Source: a virus. From it: a stretch of 64,000 nt of DNA. Numbering within the stretch: position 1 is the first letter of the stretch; each line of letters starts with the position of its first letter. A program made the position numbers and the translations under genes. The DNA is taken from the IMG/VR virus record IMGVR_UViG_3300035701_000003, one strand, 5' to 3'. The notes beneath the pieces are model-generated. The model was not told the DNA's origin. It did not search any database and saw nothing but the letters and a program-made list of their open reading frames with translations. Below are positions 18,302 through 26,739 of the stretch, piece after piece.

Positions 18302-21300
18302 TTTTTGAAATGAAATACTATCCTTCATGTCATCCTGAAAATTGTAAAGAATGCCCTTTAGGGAAACAGGAGGGTATAAAAGTAGTACGCTCTATTTTAC
18401 CTTCTCACGCTAAAGTACTCTTTATAGGGGAAGGTCCTGGGGAAGTAGAGAATGAAAAAGGTATTCCTTTTGTAGGAAAAGCTGGCGAACTACTATCTCA
18501 AATTATGATAGAAGTGGGTATTAACAGGGATGACGTGGCTATTGCTAATACGGTGACTTGTAGACCTCCCGATAACAGAACTCCTACTACTAAAGAGATT
18601 AAAATCTGTTCTCAATTTTTACATTTAGAAATAGCCTCCTTAAAACCTTCTTTAATTGTTCCCTTGGGAGCAGTTGCTTTAAAAGTGATATATCCTTCCT
18701 TAGGTACTATAACTAAAGTAAGAGGAAAATTTGTAGACCATCCTGAATTGGGTTGTAAAATATTACCAGCTTTTCATCCATTTTATATTCTTAGGAATCC
18801 AACCGAAAGACATTTTCTAGTGGATGACTTAAAGAAAGTATCTGATTTTATGCATGGAAAAATTAGTATACCTGAGAAACAACCTACTTATTATCATACT
18901 ATAACTACTAGAAAACAATTAGATTGGGCTGTCGAACAATTACATAAAAATACTATATGGGCTTGTGATACTGAGACTACTTCTGTAAATCAATTAGAAG
19001 CGGAAGTGTTTATAATTACTTTCTCCTGGAAATCTCATAGCGCTATACTGATGGATTCTAGATTATTTAAAAACGATTTGGAATACTTTTGGGCTAAAGT
19101 AAAAGAAGTTATGGAGAATAATAGCTGCAAGATATTTCATAATGGGGGATATGATATTCAATGTTTTATAAACCATGGAATACAAGTTCAAAAATATCAC
19201 GCTGATACTATACTTATGTATTATATGCTCACTCAAACTATATTACCAGGTTTGGATAAGCTAACTTGGGATTTCTCCGATTTGGGGGGTTATGATTTAT
19301 TACTAGAAAGATATAAAAAAGAAAATACTATAAACTCTTATAAAGATATTCCGGTTGAAATAATACATCCTTACGCGTGTTCTGACGCTGATGTTACTCT
19401 CCGTTCTTATCTCGCTATGTTACCTCAGATTGAGAAACAACACCTTTCTTTTGTATTATTTGATATTATGATTCCGACTCAAAAAATATTACTTAGAGCC
19501 GAATATAACGGAGTATCTATCGATAAGAATTACTTGGATAAAACTATAGAAAAGTATACTAAGAAGATGCAAGACCAATTAACCGTAGTTAAGAATGTTC
19601 CTCAAGTAAGACAATTTGTAGAGGATAAACGAACTCAAGAAAAAGCTATATTAAAATCTAAATGGGAGAAATCTAAAACTTTAACTAAGAAGTATCCTGG
19701 TTTCGAAGATTATTTACAGGCACGCTTACTTAAGTCTCCGGATTCTTTAACTACCGAATTTAATATGAATTCCCCTAAACAGTTAAAAGAATTGCTTATA
19801 GATAAAATGGGATTAAAAATTATTAAGACTACAGCTACGGGACAGCCTTCAGTAGATGGGGAGGTATTAGAAGAGTATGCTAAACATAATTCGTTTTGTA
19901 ATGCTTTGCAGGAGTATCGAACTTTAAGTCATCTAAAGAGTACTTTTTTAGTTGGTATTCTAAATAGATTAACTTCTCAAAATAAGGTTCATACAGACTA
20001 CTTTTTATGCACCACCGACACTGGTAGAATCAGTTCTAGAGATCCCAACTTGGCTAATATTCCACGTACTGGTACTGCAGATGATATAAAAGATATTTTC
20101 TGTTCCGATCCTGGTGATTGGTTAATGGAAGCTGACTTAGCACAGGCGGAGTTCCGTTGTATAGAAGGTTCTCAAAAAGTATTAATGGAAGATTTTACTA
20201 CTAAGCCTATTAAAGAAATAAAAAAAGGAGATAGGGTATTAGCTATAGATGAATCTCCATTAAAAGGTTCCCCAAGGAGAAAATTTAAGGTAGCAGAAGT
20301 TTTAAAAACTCATTATCAAGGTAAAAAAGAATGCGTTAGAATTTCTTCTGAGGAGAATAGAATTATATGTACAAAGGATCATAAATTTTTGAAAAACTCT
20401 TCTAGAAACGAAAACTATGGGATAAACAGATGGGAAAGTCTTGAGACGAATGATTTATGTTATAATTTACCTATTTCTTATATAAAAAATAAAAAAGAGT
20501 ATCTTGAAGGCATGTTGTTTGGATTGTATCTAACAGATGGCCACTTAAAAAATGATACTGACTATCCTGTTTTAAGTATTTGTCAATCTGATAAGGAGAT
20601 AATTGATTGGGTTTTTACTTTTTTGAAGGATTACGGCTTTTCATGCAAGAGATTTTTTGATAAGCATGCTTATTATATTAGTTTAAGCAACAAGAAAGAA
20701 GTTACTAGGTTTCTAAAAATTTTCAGTAAAGAAAGATCTTTAGACTCCCAAAGAGGAATAGTGGCCGGAATGATATTAGGAGATGGTTGGATTGGAGGAG
20801 ATGGTTGGATTAGAGGCAATGATAAAACCTTTAAACAAACTGGTATTGGTATAGGTTTAAGTATTGTTCATCCCGAGGTTATGGAAATTTTATATAATTG
20901 TCTTAATTCTTTAAAAAATTGTTATTCTTTTACTTATAGAGTATATAATTTTCCTTATAAATCTGATAAAGAAAATAAACCCTTTTATCATTTTTATTTT
21001 TCTGCGATTTGTATGTTTTTATTTCCTCAGTTGATTCCGGGGAGAAAACAAAAAAGATTCTATGAAGTTTTACTTCGTTTTACCAGTTTACAGAATATTA
21101 ATAAAGTTAAAGTAAGGATAGAAAAATTACCTAAAGTTTATCCTACTTATGATTTAACTACTACTACCGGGACTTTTATTTGTGAAAACTTTTTAGTACA
21201 TAATTGTTGGATGGAATATTCTAGAGATCAGCAAGCCTTGGAGGATTTAAATAACGGATTAGACATTCATAAACTTATAGCTGCAGTAGCTTATCATGAT

Positions 21301-22002
21301 ATAAAGTTACCGAGAGATGCAATAAACAAGGAAACTTTTTTGGAATTAACTAAGGATGTAACTAAAGCCGAAAGACAAGATACTAAAACTATAGTGTTTG
21401 GAGTTATGTATGGAAGAGGTGCCCCCAGCGTAGCCGCCCAATTAGGAATAAGTACTTCTAAAGCCCGAAAGATTATAGATGTTTTCTTTAGTAGATACCC
21501 ACAAGCTTCTTTTTGGATTAAAACAACTATAGCTACTACCCGAAGAGACGGATATACTGTAAATTTATTTGGAAGAAGAAGAAGATTACCTGATATATTA
21601 TCCCCAATTCAGGGGGTGAGAGCTGCCGCTGAAAGACAAGCTATAAATGCACCCATCCAATCAGGGGCTTCGGATTTAACTTTCTTAGCTGGAGGCAGGA
21701 TATTCCGACACATATGGCAAAATAGAATGAAAACTCGGTTAGTATTAACCGTTTACGATTCTTTAGTATTTAATATTCCCGATAATGAATTAAAAACAAT
21801 AGTAGATTTAGTTAGTGTAGAGATGATTAAAAAACCTTTAGATTCGATAATGGTTCCCATTGGATGTGAAATAAAGGTAGGAACTCACTGGGGTACTCTT
21901 ATGGAGATAAATCCTAAGGAAGACTGGAATATCGTGTATAATAAACTTATAGAACATAAAAAATTAAAAGATGTTAAATTTACACAAAATAAAAGAGGTT
22001 AA
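18298..22002 (+). CDS. polA: Family A DNA polymerase with N-terminal family-4 uracil-DNA glycosylase, 3'-5' exonuclease domain and an intein
   Basis: UDG: C..CPL, GEGPG..E...G.PFVG.AG, CRPPDNRTP, HP. Exo: DTET, HNGGYD, YA.SDAD. Pol: TGRISS.DPNL.NIPR, motif A DLAQAEFR, motif B K...FGVMYG, AERQAINAPIQSGASD, motif C TVYDS. Confidence 0.95.
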   Translation: MIFEMKYYPSCHPENCKECPLGKQEGIKVVRSILPSHAKVLFIGEGPGEVENEKGIPFVGKAGELLSQIMIEVGINRDDVAIANTVTCRPPDNRTPTTKEIKICSQFLHLEIASLKPSLIVPLGAVALKVIYPSLGTITKVRGKFVDHPELGCKILPAFHPFYILRNPTERHFLVDDLKKVSDFMHGKISIPEKQPTYYHTITTRKQLDWAVEQLHKNTIWACDTETTSVNQLEAEVFIITFSWKSHSAILMDSRLFKNDLEYFWAKVKEVMENNSCKIFHNGGYDIQCFINHGIQVQKYHADTILMYYMLTQTILPGLDKLTWDFSDLGGYDLLLERYKKENTINSYKDIPVEIIHPYACSDADVTLRSYLAMLPQIEKQHLSFVLFDIMIPTQKILLRAEYNGVSIDKNYLDKTIEKYTKKMQDQLTVVKNVPQVRQFVEDKRTQEKAILKSKWEKSKTLTKKYPGFEDYLQARLLKSPDSLTTEFNMNSPKQLKELLIDKMGLKIIKTTATGQPSVDGEVLEEYAKHNSFCNALQEYRTLSHLKSTFLVGILNRLTSQNKVHTDYFLCTTDTGRISSRDPNLANIPRTGTADDIKDIFCSDPGDWLMEADLAQAEFRCIEGSQKVLMEDFTTKPIKEIKKGDRVLAIDESPLKGSPRRKFKVAEVLKTHYQGKKECVRISSEENRIICTKDHKFLKNSSRNENYGINRWESLETNDLCYNLPISYIKNKKEYLEGMLFGLYLTDGHLKNDTDYPVLSICQSDKEIIDWVFTFLKDYGFSCKRFFDKHAYYISLSNKKEVTRFLKIFSKERSLDSQRGIVAGMILGDGWIGGDGWIRGNDKTFKQTGIGIGLSIVHPEVMEILYNCLNSLKNCYSFTYRVYNFPYKSDKENKPFYHFYFSAICMFLFPQLIPGRKQKRFYEVLLRFTSLQNINKVKVRIEKLPKVYPTYDLTTTTGTFICENFLVHNCWMEYSRDQQALEDLNNGLDIHKLIAAVAYHDIKLPRDAINKETFLELTKDVTKAERQDTKTIVFGVMYGRGAPSVAAQLGISTSKARKIIDVFFSRYPQASFWIKTTIATTRRDGYTVNLFGRRRRLPDILSPIQGVRAAAERQAINAPIQSGASDLTFLAGGRIFRHIWQNRMKTRLVLTVYDSLVFNIPDNELKTIVDLVSVEMIKKPLDSIMVPIGCEIKVGTHWGTLMEINPKEDWNIVYNKLIEHKKLKDVKFTQNKRG
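20158..21204 (+). mobile_element. Intein (349 aa) with LAGLIDADG homing endonuclease, inserted directly after PolA motif A
   Basis: Starts CIEGSQKV, block B ICTKDHKF, LAGLIDADG-like GLYLTDG and GMILGDG, block F TYDLTT..GTF, ends FLVHN with +1 Cys. Confidence 0.93.
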
Positions 22003-22003
22003 G

Positions 22004-22288
22004 ATGCCTGCAACCTATGTGATTACAGCCGACGAAAAAGATCCCTCTAACTTTACTTACTGTAATAGGATTGTCAGCTTAACTTTATCGGAAGAGGAAT
22101 ACAAAAAATTAAAAGAAATTGTAGTGCCCATACTTACCAAGCCTACCCTATCTTCTACTCCTGTATTTCCTGGGGTATCAGATAAAGAAATTATAGACAC
22201 TGTCCGCAGTTTAGAGGGTGAATACGCTTGTAAATTTACAAAAGAACTCATAGCAGGAACTATACGAGATTATTTTATAGAATACTGA
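22004..22288 (+). CDS. Hypothetical protein
   Basis: ATG at 22004 after AAGAGG, just past the polA stop. Confidence 0.7.
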   Translation: MPATYVITADEKDPSNFTYCNRIVSLTLSEEEYKKLKEIVVPILTKPTLSSTPVFPGVSDKEIIDTVRSLEGEYACKFTKELIAGTIRDYFIEY

Positions 22289-22295
22289 GAAAATA

Positions 22296-22742
22296 ATGGG
22301 TATGAATTATTATATAGGAGGAACTAATACTCATATTGGTAAACGTTCCGCCGCCGGTTTTTATTGTTGGGAATGTAATATGACATTGCATAAAGGTGGA
22401 TTTCATGGAGTACATCTGGGATGTGTGGCACAAGGACATTCTCCAATGTGCGATTGTAACTGGTATAAAAAATGCCCTAAGTGCGGTAGACGTCCTTCAA
22501 AGGAAGATTTTCCAAACAATTCCGTAGGTAGAGAATTAGGTTTTAATACTTTACCTTTTAAACGTAAGAAAGGCGTTAGATCTTGCGCTTCTTTTACATG
22601 GGCTATTGTGAAAGAAAGACTTCCTATAAAAAGAAAGATAGTGGACGAAGTAGGGCGTAAGTATAGCAAGGAAGAATTTTTACAAATACTAGAAGAATGT
22701 CCTATACAATTTTATCATTTAATAGGAGAGGAATTTAGTTAA
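22296..22742 (+). CDS. Hypothetical Cys-rich (Zn-binding) protein
   Basis: CWEC and CPKC motifs. Confidence 0.7.
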   Translation: MGMNYYIGGTNTHIGKRSAAGFYCWECNMTLHKGGFHGVHLGCVAQGHSPMCDCNWYKKCPKCGRRPSKEDFPNNSVGRELGFNTLPFKRKKGVRSCASFTWAIVKERLPIKRKIVDEVGRKYSKEEFLQILEECPIQFYHLIGEEFS

Positions 22743-22979
22743 ATGTTAAAAAATGTTTGCGATGAATGCGGTAATAAATTAGCTACCCTTATTTATTTTG
22801 GAAATAACCCTATACCTAGTTTTAATAAACTTTCGGGGTTAGCTGGTAATCAAGGATTTTGTCTTTGCGATGATTGTAGATTAAAAGACGTAGCCGAATG
22901 GAAAAATATTATTATTTATAAGCATTATTGGAATAATGTAAGAATAATAATAAAGGAGTATAGTAATGGCATACAATGA
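22743..22979 (+). CDS. Small zinc-finger protein
   Basis: CDEC and C.CDDC motifs. Confidence 0.65.
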   Translation: MLKNVCDECGNKLATLIYFGNNPIPSFNKLSGLAGNQGFCLCDDCRLKDVAEWKNIIIYKHYWNNVRIIIKEYSNGIQ

Positions 22980-23988
22980 GGGTGTTAAACGATTTTGGTC
23001 TTCTTTTTCTAAAGAAGAAAGAAGCCAAATAATGAAAGATAGGATGGCCCATTTAAAAGGTAAAAAAAGAGATTCTACTATAGGCGTAAAAGTATCTAAA
23101 TCAAAGACTGGTAAGCCTTTAACAAAAGCCCAAAAAGAAGGAGCTGAGAGAGCTGGTGAGAAATTAAGAGGAAGGAAAAGATTAGAAGAAATAAAAAGTA
23201 AAATTTCTAGTAGCATGATCCAAAAATGGGAACAAGGAATTCTTAAGTTATCAAAAAGAAAGGGTATTGGTGAATATTACGATTCTCTTTTACAAGGTAA
23301 AATATGGCTGAGAAGTTCCTCTGAAGTTAGGTTTGCTAGTTTTTTGGACTTATTGTCTATGGGGGGTAACTACTTTATATGGTTATATGAAGCAAAAAGA
23401 TATACTATAAGGGATGATAAAGGAGTTGTTACTTGCACGTACTGTCCAGATTTTTGGGTTATACCCTTATCCACAAAAGATATTAAACGTCAATTTGGAA
23501 CTGTTTCGTTAAATGAAAAACAAGTAGAAGAACTTTTAGAAGTTAGCAAGACTAAATATATAGTTGATGTGAAAGGATGGTTTAATAAATCTCATAGAAC
23601 TTACGAAAAAATACAAAAATTTAAACAACAATATCCTAATGAGATTTTCGATATAGTTCTAGATAGAAGGAAAGAATTAATAGAGGATAAATATGTAAAT
23701 GAAATTTTAAAACAATCTTTAGAAAGAATCGGCGTTAGCAGTAAAAAATATGGAGATTCTTATATTTTAGCGGATATGCCTAAGGAAATACAGGAGGAAA
23801 TTTACGACGTATTCGGGTGGTTTTTAATGAGTACTTCTAGATTATTAAGAGCGTTTAAAGATAAAGTTATTAGTATAGATAATATATTTTGGGAACAATT
23901 TTTAAATTATCAAAGTTCTAAGCATTTAACTTTCTTGAAAGATAGAGTAGAAGAAGAGTTAAAAAAGAGGGCTTCTACTGACTTATAA
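22966..23988 (+). CDS. Putative free-standing homing endonuclease (NUMOD3-like basic repeats plus PD-(D/E)XK domain)
   Basis: Basic repeats G....E..K.KIS; RSSSE..FA..LD, YE...Y, YCPDF and VDVKG. Confidence 0.65.
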   Translation: MAYNEGVKRFWSSFSKEERSQIMKDRMAHLKGKKRDSTIGVKVSKSKTGKPLTKAQKEGAERAGEKLRGRKRLEEIKSKISSSMIQKWEQGILKLSKRKGIGEYYDSLLQGKIWLRSSSEVRFASFLDLLSMGGNYFIWLYEAKRYTIRDDKGVVTCTYCPDFWVIPLSTKDIKRQFGTVSLNEKQVEELLEVSKTKYIVDVKGWFNKSHRTYEKIQKFKQQYPNEIFDIVLDRRKELIEDKYVNEILKQSLERIGVSSKKYGDSYILADMPKEIQEEIYDVFGWFLMSTSRLLRAFKDKVISIDNIFWEQFLNYQSSKHLTFLKDRVEEELKKRASTDL

Positions 23989-24008
23989 AAACAACTTTAA
24001 TAGTTGCT

Positions 24009-24094
24009 GAAAATACGTCTTATTTCAAGCATAAATGGTCTATAAACAACTTTTATAGCAAACATGATATAAAGTATAGTTTTAACGAAAAACA
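24009..24094 (+). repeat. 86-bp intergenic element, inverted copy of 55845-55930
   Basis: The reverse complement of 55845-55930 aligns ungapped with a handful of mismatches; core TCTTATTTCAAGCATAAATGGTCTATAAACAACTTTTAT is identical. Confidence 0.95.
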
Positions 24095-24109
24095 ATGAGA
24101 TTTTAATAA

Positions 24110-25039
24110 ATGCCCACTTTAACTGTTACAGTCCCAAAAAGTACCCTTTTGATAGTAGATTCTGAGAGTTTAGTTCACAGGGCCTACCATGCCTTTACGG
24201 ATTCCCAAGACCCCCTTAGAACTACATCTGGTTTATTGAGCGGCGCTTTCTATGGTTTTTTTAATATGCTTCAAACTCAAATAGAACTATATGCCCCCGA
24301 AACTATTCTTTTTAGTTGGGGCGATAAAAGGTCTAATTTATTGAGAAGGAAGATTTACCCTGAATACAAAGGTAATAGACCAGAGGAATCTAAAATAGGA
24401 CTACAAGAGCAAATTTTTGATATAAAGCTATCTTTAGGTTCTATGGGTTTCTTACAATATTGGAGCCCTGGGTATGAAGCCGACGATGTGATTGCGGAAT
24501 TAGCCAAAAAGTACTCTTCTCAATTTCAATCATTTGGTAGTAAGTCAAAGATAGTTATTCTTTCCGCCGATAAAGATATGTTACAATTAGTAGACGCAAG
24601 AATAACAGTAGCTACTTTTTCTAATAATAATTTTACAGAATACGATACTGATAAAGTATTAAATAAATTTGGAGTGACTCCTGATTATTTATCGGATTAT
24701 TTTTCTTTAATAGGTGATAATAGTGATAATGTACCTGGGGTAGAAGGTATAGGCCCCAAAATAGCTTATAAACTTTTGAACGATAATGGGAAGATACAAG
24801 TTTGGTTTAATAATATACCTAACATAAACGCTACCGATAGCGTTAAACAAAAACTTATTAATAACAGAGAGACTTTAGTGTTAAGTAAGAAGTTAATTTC
24901 CTTGAAGTTACATAGTACTCCTTTGCAAAAATTAGATTTTAATACTATCGCCTCTCCCGATTTTATATTTGATAAGTATGAAATGAAGAAACTTAGACCT
25001 CATAATTTTTTATTTACTGAAAAGGGAGAATTAATATGA
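24110..25039 (+). CDS. 5'-3' exonuclease / flap endonuclease (PolA N-terminal domain-like)
   Basis: LLIVD..SL.HRAYHA, YKGNR, YEADDVI, SADKD..QL and GD.SDNVPGV.GIGPK.A. Confidence 0.95.
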   Translation: MPTLTVTVPKSTLLIVDSESLVHRAYHAFTDSQDPLRTTSGLLSGAFYGFFNMLQTQIELYAPETILFSWGDKRSNLLRRKIYPEYKGNRPEESKIGLQEQIFDIKLSLGSMGFLQYWSPGYEADDVIAELAKKYSSQFQSFGSKSKIVILSADKDMLQLVDARITVATFSNNNFTEYDTDKVLNKFGVTPDYLSDYFSLIGDNSDNVPGVEGIGPKIAYKLLNDNGKIQVWFNNIPNINATDSVKQKLINNRETLVLSKKLISLKLHSTPLQKLDFNTIASPDFIFDKYEMKKLRPHNFLFTEKGELI

Positions 25040-25332
25040 AAAAGATAACTTGGCAAGGACAAATCTTTGATTCAATTATAGCCTTTGATTGTAGAGTTGT
25101 AAAACTTAATAATTATTTTATTGTTATACCTATTAGTGTTAAAGAATATAGGGATAAGAATCCAACACAGGCCAAAGTTATTATTAAAGAAAAAGCAAAA
25201 GTAACCGAATTTATTATCTATGATGACTATGGTAAACCTTATTATATGGTTATTCCTAATACAATGAAAGAAGAGATTGAATTCGCCAAACAATCTGCAA
25301 TAAAAGAAAATTTAATTAAGGGAGAAATTTGA
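25036..25332 (+). CDS. Hypothetical protein
   Basis: Coupled ORF with an RBS (agggag). Confidence 0.7.
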   Translation: MKKITWQGQIFDSIIAFDCRVVKLNNYFIVIPISVKEYRDKNPTQAKVIIKEKAKVTEFIIYDDYGKPYYMVIPNTMKEEIEFAKQSAIKENLIKGEI

Positions 25333-25590
25333 ATGTTAATAACTAAAAAAGATATGGAAAGGATAAAAGCCGAATCTGATAAATCTAAAAAACAATTTAA
25401 GAACCGAGCTTTAATGGTTATCGAAACTTTAGTTGGCGGCGATATTAATTATGGCAACATAGAAACTATGAAAATAGATATTTATGAAACAGCTCACGTT
25501 GCTTTAGGGGATTGTAAGAACGAACATTTAGACTGGCGAGACAAAGTAGAAAAACATTTTAAGGCTTTTGAAAAAGCAGGTTTAATTTAA
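25333..25590 (+). CDS. Hypothetical protein
   Basis: 85-aa ORF with an RBS. Confidence 0.7.
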   Translation: MLITKKDMERIKAESDKSKKQFKNRALMVIETLVGGDINYGNIETMKIDIYETAHVALGDCKNEHLDWRDKVEKHFKAFEKAGLI

Positions 25591-25622
25591 TAATTAGGAG
25601 TTTAAATTAAAATTTTATCAAT

Positions 25623-25829
25623 ATGGCACGTACTACAAAAAAGAATAGATATATGGGGTTTAGTTTAGGTAAACCTTACTATAGATATGCATCTTCTTTA
25701 AAGGAGGCTAAGAACCTCTTAAGGAAAGCTGCCTTAGAGGAAGTAGGTAAATATAACTTTAACGAGGTAGCTATCGAAGATCCCCCTGGTTCTAATAAGT
25801 ATAAAAAAATAGCTACTACTATTTTATAG
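25623..25829 (+). CDS. Hypothetical protein
   Basis: 68-aa basic ORF. Confidence 0.6.
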   Translation: MARTTKKNRYMGFSLGKPYYRYASSLKEAKNLLRKAALEEVGKYNFNEVAIEDPPGSNKYKKIATTIL

Positions 25830-25831
25830 TT

Positions 25832-26638
25832 ATGCCTTTAGATACTACTCAGATATTAACTAATTATCAATCTTATACTTCCTTTTTATTGAAGATACAA
25901 AAACTCTTCACTCATTATCTTTATAAAAATAGCGAAGCTTTACAATATGTTTATTCGCGACAGATAAACGACGACTACATTCAATACTATAAGATTGGCT
26001 TCGATCCTGGTATTGAAAAGATAAAAGAATTCGTTATTATGAATAAATTACCTTTTGAACTTTTATATGATACTAGGGTACTAATTACTAAAGAAGATAA
26101 AGAATACGATGTACTTTCCGAAAGGATAGTATTTCCTTTAGAAGATGTTTTAGGTAACATAACCGGTTTTAGTGGTAGAATATGGACTAAAGAACAAGAA
26201 ACTCTTTATGCTTCTAAATATACTCCTAAGTATATAAATACTTCCTCTAGTGATATTTTTTCTAAATCGTTAATATTGTATAACTTAAGAAACGCTATTC
26301 CTTTTATACAGAAACAAAATTGTTGTATATTAGTTGAAGGTATGATGGATGTGATATCTCTTTTTATGAGAGACGTTAGAAACGTAGTGGCGCCTTGCGG
26401 GACTTCTCTTACTCAAGAACATGCTTATTTACTAAAGTATTTTACAGATGAAGTAATAATACTTTATGACGGTGATGAACCTGGTAAGAAGTCTGCTTCT
26501 AAGGTTTTTGAATTATTAACTAAAACTAAAATTTCCGCTTATATAGTTTCCCTACCCTCTGGCGATCCCGATTCCTTTATAAAACAATTCGATAAGGACT
26601 ATCTCTTAAGATACATTTCCGATAACCGTACCGCTTGA
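25832..26638 (+). CDS. dnaG: DnaG primase catalytic core (TOPRIM) lacking the Zn-binding domain
   Basis: YVYSRQI, IGF.P, RIVFP..D..G...GF.GR, PKY.NT, LYNL, LVEG.MDV, VAPCGTSLT, YDGD.PG and DPD. Confidence 0.92.
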   Translation: MPLDTTQILTNYQSYTSFLLKIQKLFTHYLYKNSEALQYVYSRQINDDYIQYYKIGFDPGIEKIKEFVIMNKLPFELLYDTRVLITKEDKEYDVLSERIVFPLEDVLGNITGFSGRIWTKEQETLYASKYTPKYINTSSSDIFSKSLILYNLRNAIPFIQKQNCCILVEGMMDVISLFMRDVRNVVAPCGTSLTQEHAYLLKYFTDEVIILYDGDEPGKKSASKVFELLTKTKISAYIVSLPSGDPDSFIKQFDKDYLLRYISDNRTA

Positions 26639-26662
26639 AACTTTAGACTTAATCTCTATAAT
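26635..26662 (+). promoter_or_regulatory. Sigma70-consensus promoter TTGAAA-16-TATAAT upstream of the tail sheath gene
   Basis: Perfect -10 and near-consensus -35 in a 100-bp intergenic gap. Confidence 0.7.
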
Positions 26663-26739
26663 TATTGTTGTAAAGTAAAAAATTTGACGCGAAGAAGTTG
26701 TTTTTTGTGATTAGAAAAATTTAATTTTGGAGGAATATT

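Noticed and set aside
22966-23988. Tn7 TnsA transposase or transposon bounded by the inverted repeats
   Set aside because: No TnsB/TnsC or other transposase is present, and the repeats enclose core phage genes. The basic NUMOD-like repeats fit a homing endonuclease better.
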